From assembly GCA_965207375.1 (NCBI GenBank), contig OZ242274.1, positions 960,001-1,024,000 of the forward strand: a stretch of DNA of 64,000 nucleotides, given 5' to 3'. How positions within the stretch are numbered: position 1 is the first letter of the stretch; each line of letters opens with the position of its first letter. Below the pieces are notes generated by a model that searched no databases, was not told where the DNA came from, and was given only the letters and a program-made list of their open reading frames with translations. Positions 31,333 to 40,409 of the stretch are shown here, piece by piece. A program made the translations under genes and the position numbers. The DNA comes from Nitrosopumilaceae archaeon. GTDB lineage: Archaea > Thermoproteota > Nitrososphaeria > Nitrososphaerales > Nitrosopumilaceae.

Positions 31333-32615
31333 TTCTTTTTCCTCTGATCATATTTGTAGTATTGATTATTCCATTAGCACATGCTGATGATAAATGGAAT
31401 GCCGTTTCTGTTTTTGATCATGTAAATAACAACACACAGTATATTTTCTATTATTATGCTGAAAATTCTACTTTTACATTAATTGAACCGCCTGAATTAG
31501 GATATCATTTTCCGTCTTTCATATTTGATACGTCTGAAAATGTGGATGGATATCTAAAATTCAAAGCACCAAAAAACTATCCCTTTCATTCAACATCTTC
31601 TCCATTTTTAGCTTTGATGTCAGATTATAAAGAAATGAACTATGCTTTAGAGTGGGATGATTCAGATGCAGAATATGGTTCAAATGACTGTTTTTATGAA
31701 ATAAAATTATTTGTAGGAAATCTAACAAAAGTTGAATTTACTAGTCCTATTCCTCCTGTAGTGAATTTAACATTTGAATCACAAAATATTCCAGAGAAAT
31801 GCCTTTTGCAAACAATTGCAGGATATTCCCCATTTTCAGATGACGACTGGAAAATTTACAAATTGAATGGAAATTTCAGTAACCTCGATGATTCCTATGT
31901 TTTCAATATTCCATATAATCTACATGCAGGCCAGATAGATGCGATTCAAATTGATCAAAAAACCATGTCTTTTCTCATTGTTTTAAAAAATAGCACAGGT
32001 AATTACCTCAATATTCTCATACCCCGCAATCTGTTAGATGCCAAACTTGCCATTGAAATGGACAGATCGTTTTCTGTTTTAGTTGATGGTGTAAAAATAG
32101 ATTACATTAAAGCCACAAATCATTGCTATCATAACATGTTAATTCCAATCGATGTGGATTCTAAACTCATCGAGATAATGTACAACAATACAAATTTTGA
32201 CATTCTAAACAAATCAAAAATTCAGCCACTTTACATAGAGACTCTTAAAGATCGCTATTCTAGTAATGAAACAATTATGATGAAAGGATGCGTATCTTTG
32301 AACTCTGAGGGAGATGATGTGTCTGTTAGTGTTTTAGATCATAATGGCAAAGTCTATCACAGTACCTTGGTGCAGCCAAATCAAGATGGGACGTTTTCAT
32401 CCTCATTTGTCATTGGCGATGCTTTAGCTACAGATGTACAACATACAGTCAAGGTAGAGTATGGAGGACACACTACGATGAGAGTATTTACAGTGCCTGA
32501 ATTTCCAATTGCTACACTTGTTTTGTTTATTGCCATAATCTCAATTATTTTATTCTCTAGAAAGACACATTGTGGTCATCATGGACAAATATCCGTACCG
32601 GCATCTCTAAACTAA
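31329..32615 (+). CDS. PEFG-CTERM-type surface protein
   Basis: Signal peptide, IPRNLLDAK domain, C-terminal VPEFP + TM helix + basic residues. Confidence 0.8.
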   Translation: MILFPLIIFVVLIIPLAHADDKWNAVSVFDHVNNNTQYIFYYYAENSTFTLIEPPELGYHFPSFIFDTSENVDGYLKFKAPKNYPFHSTSSPFLALMSDYKEMNYALEWDDSDAEYGSNDCFYEIKLFVGNLTKVEFTSPIPPVVNLTFESQNIPEKCLLQTIAGYSPFSDDDWKIYKLNGNFSNLDDSYVFNIPYNLHAGQIDAIQIDQKTMSFLIVLKNSTGNYLNILIPRNLLDAKLAIEMDRSFSVLVDGVKIDYIKATNHCYHNMLIPIDVDSKLIEIMYNNTNFDILNKSKIQPLYIETLKDRYSSNETIMMKGCVSLNSEGDDVSVSVLDHNGKVYHSTLVQPNQDGTFSSSFVIGDALATDVQHTVKVEYGGHTTMRVFTVPEFPIATLVLFIAIISIILFSRKTHCGHHGQISVPASLN

Positions 32616-32889
32616 TCAAAAAGAGATTTGATAAAGGACAAAATCTGTAACATGGCATATGCCATGAAATATCTAGTGCATGTCTTACTCGTATGGAACA
32701 ATGCTAAATCAATACATTCAATCAAAGAACAAAGGCGACAAAGATATTCTGATCTACAAACACATATTGTGCAGGATACATCGCATACTTTTCAGATGAT
32801 TGCAAGTTAGTTTTTTTTGGTTTTGATTGTACTTTAATTATAATTAGGCGTCTAAAATTTCTAAATTCAATATGTATATGGTGGAACAG

Positions 32890-33921
32890 TTATTTTCGCA
32901 GGTTATACTTTGCTATTTCCAAAATTTCATATGACATTTGTGTAGTTGATGCGCCTCCTCCTATATCCCACGTTACAGTTTTACCTTCGTTAATTACCTG
33001 ATTGGTTGCATCAAAAATTGCATCTCTGATGTGTTTTTCACCCAAATATTCGGCCATCCATGCACCAGATAATATCGTAGCTGTTGGATTTACTTTGTTT
33101 TGTCCTGCAAATTGTGGTGCGCTACCGTGTGCTGCCTCAAACATTGCAAAATTATCTCCCATGTTTGCAGAATAAATTAACCCAATAGAGCCTACAAGGG
33201 CCGAAGCCAGCTCTGAAATAATATCCATAAATAAATTAGTACTGACTAGTACAGTACCGTTGAATTGTTCTGTTGCAATTACCATTTGTTGAGCCATGTT
33301 ATCAATGTAAATTTCTGACAATTTAATTTCTGTTCCCTGTACTGCCTTTTGAGCCTCATCCCAAAAAATTCCATCAGTCTGTTTTAAAATATTTCTTTTT
33401 GTAATTGCTACCATTTTTTTCATATTATAGTCATTTGCCCATTTTACTGCCGAATCAATTAATCTTCGTGAGCCCTGTCTTGTAATTTTCCTGATTGCAA
33501 TTGCTGCATCTTCTGTAACTTTTGTTTCAACACCTGTGTACAACCCTTCAGTTGCTTCTCTAAAACACACACAATCAAGCTTTCTATCTGGTGTTAATCT
33601 ATCAAAGGTTTTGCAGGGTCTGATGTTTGCATATAATTCGAATTTCTGTCTTAGTGTTACTGCCACACTTTTTGGTGCCCCTGGAACCGGAATGGTTGTA
33701 GTCGGACCCTTAAAGCAGGTATCTGATTCTTTTAGAACCTGCATCGTTTGATCAGGAATGTATGATGTATCTTTTCTTCCATTTTTATCCCACTGTTCAG
33801 AACCTGCTTCACATAAAATAATTTCTGATTGCAAATTACACTCTTTGAGAATCTTTAACATGCAATCTACTACTTCGGGTCCTATGCCGTCACCTCTCAT
33901 TACTGCGGCTTTTTTTACCAT
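32890..33921 (-). CDS. Isocitrate/isopropylmalate dehydrogenase family protein
   Basis: GDGIGPEV, LYANIRP, REATEGLY and FEAAHGSAP motifs. Confidence 0.9.
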   Translation of the reverse strand: MVKKAAVMRGDGIGPEVVDCMLKILKECNLQSEIILCEAGSEQWDKNGRKDTSYIPDQTMQVLKESDTCFKGPTTTIPVPGAPKSVAVTLRQKFELYANIRPCKTFDRLTPDRKLDCVCFREATEGLYTGVETKVTEDAAIAIRKITRQGSRRLIDSAVKWANDYNMKKMVAITKRNILKQTDGIFWDEAQKAVQGTEIKLSEIYIDNMAQQMVIATEQFNGTVLVSTNLFMDIISELASALVGSIGLIYSANMGDNFAMFEAAHGSAPQFAGQNKVNPTATILSGAWMAEYLGEKHIRDAIFDATNQVINEGKTVTWDIGGGASTTQMSYEILEIAKYNLRK

Positions 33922-34021
33922 AACAGGATTAAGGTTGAGTGTTTACTATTTATTTTTACCCAATGACTCTATTGTATGTGGATATAACTTAATAACAAAA
34001 ACTTTGATGTTACAATTGAAC

Positions 34022-34768
34022 ATGATTATAGTTCAGCTGTCTGATTTGCATGTGGGCTCTCAATTTCAGCCCAAAGTCTTTGAAAAACTAGTCGATGAAA
34101 TCAATGAGATCAAACCTGATGTTGTAATAGTTACAGGTGATCTTACCAATGAAGGACTAGTAAAAGAATACGAAATCTGTAAAAAATCCCTCTCAAAAAT
34201 CAAAACAAAAAAATTAATTGCAATTAGTGGAAACCATGATTACAGAAACACCGGTTACTTGCTATTCAAAAAATATTTTCCATTTGAAACTGTCAACGAA
34301 CTTGATGAAAATACCGTTCTAGTTACTTTGGGCACTACACGACCTGATAGAAATGATGGTGAGGTGGGATATAGGCAGAATTTGTGGTTAGAAAGAACTA
34401 TGAAAAAATACAAAAACAAGGTAAAGATTTTGGCAATGCATCACCACCTGATTGCAATTCCTGATACGGGCTCTGATCAATTGACTGTAGTCGATGCAGG
34501 CGACGTTTTAAGAACAATTCTTGCAACTCATGTTAATTTGGTACTGTGTGGGCACAAACACAGGCCTTGGGCTTGGAATTTTGGCCAATTAATGGTCGTA
34601 AATGCAGGTACTGCTACATCTGAAAGAGTAAGAGGTCTTTTTGAAAACACCTACAATATCATCACGATACAAAATAAAAAAATTCAGATAGATCTGAAAA
34701 TTGTAGGTAGCAAACGCATTCCGATTGAAAATATTGTTAAAAATTATGCCCGATTTGGTGAAGAGTGA
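34022..34768 (+). CDS. Metallophosphoesterase (calcineurin-like)
   Basis: SDLH, TGD, GNHD, MHH and GHKH motifs. Confidence 0.92.
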   Translation: MIIVQLSDLHVGSQFQPKVFEKLVDEINEIKPDVVIVTGDLTNEGLVKEYEICKKSLSKIKTKKLIAISGNHDYRNTGYLLFKKYFPFETVNELDENTVLVTLGTTRPDRNDGEVGYRQNLWLERTMKKYKNKVKILAMHHHLIAIPDTGSDQLTVVDAGDVLRTILATHVNLVLCGHKHRPWAWNFGQLMVVNAGTATSERVRGLFENTYNIITIQNKKIQIDLKIVGSKRIPIENIVKNYARFGEE

Positions 34769-34800
34769 ATTTATTTACAGACATATTTTAGTCAAACCAT

Positions 34801-34884
34801 GCGGGGATCGCCTAGCCTGGTAGGGCGTGGGATTGCTAATCCCATGTCCGCAAGGACACGGGGGTTCAAATCCCCCTCTCCGCG
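34801..34884 (+). tRNA. tRNA-Ser(GCT)
   Basis: Acceptor gcgggga/tctccgc, anticodon arm tggga-ttGCTaa-tccca, long variable arm, T-loop ttcaaat. Confidence 0.95.
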
Positions 34885-35145
34885 CTATTTGTTTTCTATT
34901 TCATGTACAAATATCCTTGTGCAGGATTGCAGATTCAGTCACACATAGGAATCTGTCACGGTACGATCAAAAGACACTGATCTAAATTTGTCAATAATTT
35001 GACCACACTTTGTCAATATTGGATGGGACCTGATATTGTACCAAAATATCAATTTTACAAAAAATCATATTAAAAAAGATGACCTCCTACTGCAAAAAGA
35101 CACCAAAATCTCAGAGCTGACCAAATGTGACAACTATCATAGAGG

Positions 35146-35212
35146 TGATTCGTAATTAGACAACCACGCCTAACAAGAGCAAAAATCCGTGCCCAGATCT
35201 AATTACGAATCA
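35146..35212. repeat. 15-bp perfect inverted repeat with 37-bp spacer
   Basis: tgattcgtaattaga (35146-35160) and tctaattacgaatca (35198-35212). Confidence 0.9.
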
Positions 35213-35245
35213 TATCTCATATTGTTGTGACATATCTCCATTTGG

Positions 35246-35395
35246 TTATTTGCCGTGAGTATGAGTCTGAACACTTAGTATGTTAGCACAGCAATTGCAC
35301 ACAGTTGATATTGCAAGTCTGCATTTGGCGCATTTTTCCAGATCTTTTGTTTGACAGCCACAAATTCTGCACAGTTCAATCTTTATGTCTTTCAC
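35246..35395 (-). CDS. Small Cys-rich zinc-finger-like protein (49 aa), not in the ORF track
   Basis: GTG start; KDIKIELCRICGCQTKDLEKCAKCRLAISTVCNCCANILSVQTHTHGK has three CxxC plus HxH. Confidence 0.65.
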   Translation of the reverse strand: MKDIKIELCRICGCQTKDLEKCAKCRLAISTVCNCCANILSVQTHTHGK

Positions 35396-35425
35396 CTACA
35401 AGAATTAGTTGGAATTTTTTGTCAG

Positions 35426-35722
35426 TCATTTAGACAAAATCGAGAGAATAGGCATGGTATTCCACTGATACATGGAATATTCCAGAATCCCAGAGCAGAT
35501 CTTGTCATATTTTTTGTAGAATTCATCTGCTTCTTGTTCTGTTGCCTCAAATACTGCCATGGCAGTGGCATTGTCATTGAATGCTCCTGATCACATAATC
35601 TTTCCTTTGGAATGCCATTCATCTGTCAAACTCTGAATCAACGGTGAAATTCTTTGAAGATCAACAGAATTTGTATTTTCCTTAAACACAGTAATTATAA
35701 CCCAGTTTTGTGTTTCTTGCAT
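35426..35722 (-). pseudogene. Hypothetical protein with one in-frame TGA
   Basis: MQETQNWVIITVFK...EWHSKGKIM*SGAFNDNATAMAVFEATEQEADEFY...; TGA at 35591-35593. Confidence 0.65.
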
Positions 35723-36139
35723 CTCTTGTTGTTGCTGCTGACTCACAAAAGTAAGTCACGAATTCGTTTAATAAAATTTCTGATAAATCTATTTCTTTGT
35801 TACATGTAATTAGAACATTGAAAAATAATTATTGTTAACACAAGACGTACTTGTTCCCGTAGTGAAGTTAATTTGTACCTAAATGATGGTAACTGACCGA
35901 TTTTACAAAGTGCTATGCCTGAATCAAATGTAAAAATGATAGACTCGACATTTTTTACGTATGCGATTTCACAAAGTGTTACCAAACTTGTCTATTATAT
36001 CATCAAATTGATTTCTGCCTAGATGGAATCTGGCCTGAAAATTGCAAATTTTGAATAATTCTGGATAGGACTATAACACAAACTACACTATACAGGACAT
36101 TTATCAGATATTGCTTATATCAAGAATATGAGGTTAGAA

Positions 36140-37060
36140 CTAAGAAAACCATTTTGTTAAATCATCTCTTTTTCCAGTGACAACTTTTAACCCTCCATTA
36201 ATCATTTCTGTTTTTACGCGAGTTAATTTTCGTGCAGATTCTACAATATTTCCTGCTCCCAAACTGTTTGTTGCAATAAGGATATGATATGTTATCTGTT
36301 TTCCTGATTGATAAACTGGTATATTAAAAACATGTTTACGAAATTCTCCTATTTGCCGCTTGTATAATTCCATTAGATCATTGCCCTCAGTGTAAGATAG
36401 CCATTTTTTGTTTCCATAAAATTGAACAAGAGATTCTTCAAATGCATTACCATCTTCAACATTTGATCTATGTCTTGCTATTACATGTGTCATAAAAGTA
36501 AAGAAAATATCAGCTGTTTTAATTTCTAATAATGATTTCATTAAATCCCATTTAATTTCTTTAAAACCTATAGGATCAATTACTATGAAAAATCCATTCC
36601 GTCCCTTAAACTGTTTTACAAATTCAACCGTTTTAGAAAAATCTCGCGTAACAAGATCATATGAACAATTTAGAATATCTGATTCCAACACCTTCAATCT
36701 TTTTTTTAAAGCATCAATAGTTTCTTGCTCACTATCTGAGAAAAAATATTTGGAAAAAGAATAGTTTTGAGCTTTGAATGCAGACACAAGAGGTGAGCCA
36801 GGAAATTTTTCATCATACAGCTCTTTTTCTTTGAAACCAATCAAACCTGTTCCACAATGTGTATCTACATAATACCAATTATCAAAATAATTACGAAATA
36901 TAGGCACAAACCCACCAATACAATAATCTAAGACAAAGAATTTTTTTATTGACCAAATATCACCTGGTGAAGTAATTAATTTATCATCTTTGATTTTTCC
37001 AATTTTTTTAATAAATTCATCTAATTTGGTTTTAGACCAATTATATGGATCAAATGACAT
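36140..37060 (-). CDS. tcmP: Three-Cys-motif partner protein TcmP (methyltransferase-like fold)
   Basis: WSIKK, YVDTHCGTG, GSPL and IDPIG motifs; paired with DUF5131. Confidence 0.85.
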   Translation of the reverse strand: MSFDPYNWSKTKLDEFIKKIGKIKDDKLITSPGDIWSIKKFFVLDYCIGGFVPIFRNYFDNWYYVDTHCGTGLIGFKEKELYDEKFPGSPLVSAFKAQNYSFSKYFFSDSEQETIDALKKRLKVLESDILNCSYDLVTRDFSKTVEFVKQFKGRNGFFIVIDPIGFKEIKWDLMKSLLEIKTADIFFTFMTHVIARHRSNVEDGNAFEESLVQFYGNKKWLSYTEGNDLMELYKRQIGEFRKHVFNIPVYQSGKQITYHILIATNSLGAGNIVESARKLTRVKTEMINGGLKVVTGKRDDLTKWFS

Positions 37061-37159
37061 AGAATTACTTTAACTTAGTTTTTACAATAAATTATGTGGT
37101 TATTATAATGTGACCATATTGATCAATACTTTAATGAATAAAGCATAATCAGATTACTT

Positions 37160-37996
37160 GTGGCTACAAACTCACAGATTGAATGGACAGAAGCAACTTG
37201 GAACCCATCTACAGGGTGTACCAAAATTTCTCCTGGATGCAAGAATTGTTATGCTGAAAGACTATCAAAACGACTCAATCTCATGGGCGTAGCTAAATAC
37301 AAAAGAAATTTTGAATATGCAGAGCACCTACATGATATTTCCTTGCCTCTAACATGGAAAAAACCAAAGAAAATTTTTGTCAACAGTATGTCTGACTTGT
37401 TCCATGAAAAATCTACTATGGAATTTGTTGCTGAATGTTTTCATACTATGATCAGGGCTGATTGGCATACATACCAAGTTCTAACAAAAAGGCCTAAAAA
37501 AATGAAAGAATTTTCAAGACTATTTGTTAATTATTTTGGTTACAAGATTCCAAATCACATATGGATGGGAGTAAGTGTTGAAAATGCAGATTACAAATGG
37601 AGGATCAACGAATTAAGAAAAGTAAAATGTCATACAAAATTCATCAGTTTTGAGCCATTACTTGGTCCTATAAAAAATCTTAATCTGAAAGGAATTGATT
37701 GGGCCATAATTGGTGGTGAAAGCGGTGCAGGCTTTAGACCTGTGAAAAAAGAATGGATTGTCGATATAATTAGACAGTGTAAAAAACAAAATGTTGCAGT
37801 TTTCTTCAAGCAATGGGGAGGCATAAGACCAAAATCAGGAGGCAGAAGGATCAATGACAAAACGTTTGATGAATACCCCATCATTGAAAAAAGAAAAAAT
37901 GTTTTAAAAAATATTGATTTTGATATTAACTCTTTCAAACAACAAAACAAACTTGGAACCAAGCAAAAAAATATTGAAATAACTAATCCATTCTAA
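37160..37996 (+). CDS. DUF5131 (phage Gp37/Gp68, PF07505) radical-SAM-like protein
   Basis: IEWTEATWNP, GCTKISPGCKNCYA (Cx6Cx2C), FVNSMSDLFH, LTKRP, GGESG and FFKQWGG motifs. Confidence 0.93.
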   Translation: MATNSQIEWTEATWNPSTGCTKISPGCKNCYAERLSKRLNLMGVAKYKRNFEYAEHLHDISLPLTWKKPKKIFVNSMSDLFHEKSTMEFVAECFHTMIRADWHTYQVLTKRPKKMKEFSRLFVNYFGYKIPNHIWMGVSVENADYKWRINELRKVKCHTKFISFEPLLGPIKNLNLKGIDWAIIGGESGAGFRPVKKEWIVDIIRQCKKQNVAVFFKQWGGIRPKSGGRRINDKTFDEYPIIEKRKNVLKNIDFDINSFKQQNKLGTKQKNIEITNPF

Positions 37997-38006
37997 AAGA
38001 AAATTT

Positions 38007-38070
38007 TCACAAGGTGGTGTGTGGTCCTGTCTACAAGTACAAATGTCGGGATCCGCACCATGCCTTGTGA
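38007..38070 (+). other. Long GC-rich hairpin directly downstream of DUF5131
   Basis: Arms tcacaagg/ccttgtga, tggtgtg/cgcacca and ggtcctg/cgggatc pair with G-U wobbles on the + strand. Confidence 0.65.
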
Positions 38071-38099
38071 TTATTTAGACTGATCAAGGTGCACAAGAA

Positions 38100-39152
38100 A
38101 TGAGAATATGGCACTCTACCAATTCATTTAATTACTTACATCTAGGCCAAAACATAGTGAAGACCTTACATCTTGCCATTGTTGCAGTTTTAGCAGTAAC
38201 CTTGCTGTCTAGTGGTGTCGTATATGCAAATCCAGACATTATTGCTCAGTTAGAGGCTAAAATTGCAGAACTTGAAAATAAGATAAAAAACAAGGAAGCC
38301 AAAATCGATGCCAAAAAACAAAAGGTTGAGCAACTAAAATCAGAACTTGAAGTTCAAACCAAAAATCTTGAAGAGATTACAGCAAAACTTGATCAGAAAA
38401 ACAGAAAGATTGACAGACTAGAAAACAAGATTGAAGAATTTAGGGAAAAACTAGATAGAAAGAATACAAAACTTGATAATAAACAAGACAAGATTGATAA
38501 TTTTAAAATCCAAACTAGTCCTGAACCGTTGCTTGCACTGTTGGCAGAAGGCGTAAGTGTATCTCCATATTACGAATATTATGATAACGGGAATCTAAAA
38601 GTAGCAATAACGTATGACGTGTATGGTGGAAGTATAACGTCACATTACTATGACAATGGCAAGGCTAGACAGGTCACCTATGTGCATAATGGTATCATGA
38701 AATATAATATGACATATTACGAATCAACTGCATATTTGCAGGATCAATATTTTTACTCTAATGGAAAGATATCACAATCCCAACACGGTACAGAAGACAA
38801 CTCGCTTTGGGCCTTGATTGAATATTATGAAAATGGCAATAGAAAACTTGTTCTTTTGACAAACAGTACGATACCAAAGGCTGTAGAAACTCCTGACAAG
38901 ACAATAAAATCAATTATTTACTTTGACAATGGATATATTCAAACCCAAGACTCTTATGAATATGACGAGGATGGACGCATTGTATCTTCACACTCTACTC
39001 ATATCGATGAGAATGGCAATAATCTAGTAGATGTCTGCTATACTTTTACACATACCTTTATTGACTCTAGATACACGTATGACCAGACACGTAATGATTC
39101 ATGCATGGCATCTCATCCGGTATATCATGTAGGCTCAATTTCTACAGAATAG
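38100..39152 (+). CDS. Secreted protein: coiled coil plus MORN/YwqK-like YYxNG repeats (start possibly GTG 38157)
   Basis: Signal peptide, about 95-aa heptad region, repeats YYDNGNLK, YYDNGKAR, FYSNGKIS, YYENGNRK and YFDNGYIQ. Confidence 0.75.
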   Translation: MRIWHSTNSFNYLHLGQNIVKTLHLAIVAVLAVTLLSSGVVYANPDIIAQLEAKIAELENKIKNKEAKIDAKKQKVEQLKSELEVQTKNLEEITAKLDQKNRKIDRLENKIEEFREKLDRKNTKLDNKQDKIDNFKIQTSPEPLLALLAEGVSVSPYYEYYDNGNLKVAITYDVYGGSITSHYYDNGKARQVTYVHNGIMKYNMTYYESTAYLQDQYFYSNGKISQSQHGTEDNSLWALIEYYENGNRKLVLLTNSTIPKAVETPDKTIKSIIYFDNGYIQTQDSYEYDEDGRIVSSHSTHIDENGNNLVDVCYTFTHTFIDSRYTYDQTRNDSCMASHPVYHVGSISTE

Positions 39153-39225
39153 AGTCAAACTAGTCTGTTACAAAATTAAATGAAACAATAAATCTAATGT
39201 TACTTTATCTGTCCTGCACGTCTTA

Positions 39226-39320
39226 CTAGGTAGTCTAGTCTTTATGTTTTCTCTGTCAGCTCACACTTTTCTGTATTTCTCGTTGTTAGTCCGCATGTGT
39301 CAAATTATCTCCGGCAGGTG
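39226..39320 (-). pseudogene. Degenerate remnant of the 3' end of an older IS110 transposase copy
   Basis: Aligns with indels and substitutions to 39418-39520. Confidence 0.8.
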
Positions 39321-39345
39321 GCCACCATCTGTGGTACAAATTAAC

Positions 39346-40409
39346 TCCCATATGAAAAATCCCTTGGCTACGTGCCGGATCCTATACAGCGTGCATTTGC
39401 AGATCAGGACATCTTTGCTAGGTAGTCTAGTCTTTTATGTTTTCTCTGTGTCAGCTCACAATTCTGTGTTCTGTATTCTTCGTTGTTAGTCAGCATGTAC
39501 CAAATTATCTCCAGCATGTGTCGTGCTACTGCAACCTTTGCCTTTTGTGCACCGCGTCTCTTTTTTATTCTCTCGTAGATTCTTTGCATTCTGGGATCAT
39601 GCTGTATGGTTATTGTAGCTGCCTCAACTATGGCGTTTCTCATCCATACTGAACCCTCCTTTGTTATTCCTCCTCCTTTGTATGTGGTAGCACTGTTACG
39701 GTGTGATGGTATTACGCCACCTCCTGCAGCAAACTTTTCTGCAGTAGAATATCTTGTAATATCTACAAGCTCAGAAATTATTGTAAATGCTGTAATGTGT
39801 CTGATTCCTGGTATCGTCATGAGCAGTTTTACTCTATCATCATCTTGTGCTATTTGTGCCATCTTTTGTTCTAGTTTGTTTACCTGTGCAATTGAAGTGT
39901 TTATGCATTCTAGATGTATGTCCATTGACATGCGGTCTATTTCTGATATTGGTATACTTTCTAACCATTTCATTCCTTTTTTTGTAAACACACCCTTAGT
40001 TGGGCACGTATAGTCATATCTGGCAAGTATTGCATGGATTTTGTTTCTGTGTAGTGCACCGTCTCGTTTGCATCTGCTTCTGGTTCTGACTAGATTCCTT
40101 AGATCTCTATAGTACTTGTTAGGTACAAAAGACTCGTATATCATGTCTGATTTTAACAAATCAGTTAGTATCTCAGAATCAAGCTTGTCGTCTTTTAGCT
40201 TGGCCTGTGCTATTATCTTCGTCTTTGCAGGATGTGCAAGTATTGTATCTATTCCCTCGTCTTCTAGCTTGTCGTGTAATCTTATCCAATAGTTTGCAGT
40301 GGATTCACAGACTGCTCTTGCAGTGTCATTGTATGTTTCCTTTATGTGTTTGATAAAACCTGTTATGCCTTCTGTGTCGTTTGAAAATGTAATCTGTTCT
40401 AATTTCTTT
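39346..40409 (-). mobile_element. IS110-family element, right part (interrupted by IS66)
   Basis: Transposase body, sub-terminal IR atatgaaaaat at 39350-39360, core GT on minus strand at 39344-39345. Confidence 0.88.
39404..40408 (-). pseudogene. IS110-family transposase, C-terminal about 334 aa; N-terminus displaced to 47271-47346
   Basis: Frame is open upstream of the ORF-track start: CESTANYW, KDDKLDS (DEDD), LMTIPGI, GVIPSHRNSA, ITKEG and VAVAR. Confidence 0.9.

Noticed and set aside
32628-32810. 60-aa ORF after the PEFG-CTERM gene
   Set aside because: No recognisable motif and a weak TTG start, so it cannot be supported
35591-35593. In-frame TGA as selenocysteine or recoding
   Set aside because: No redox motif or SECIS evidence, TGA is a normal stop throughout the window, and TGG>TGA is simpler
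34885-39200. Complete provirus or integrative element at tRNA-Ser
   Set aside because: No integrase, capsid or replication genes and no exact attR duplication seen
39226-39520. Near-duplicate pair as DGR template/variable repeats
   Set aside because: Differences include indels and are not adenine-specific, there is no reverse transcriptase, and the sequence is an IS110 relic
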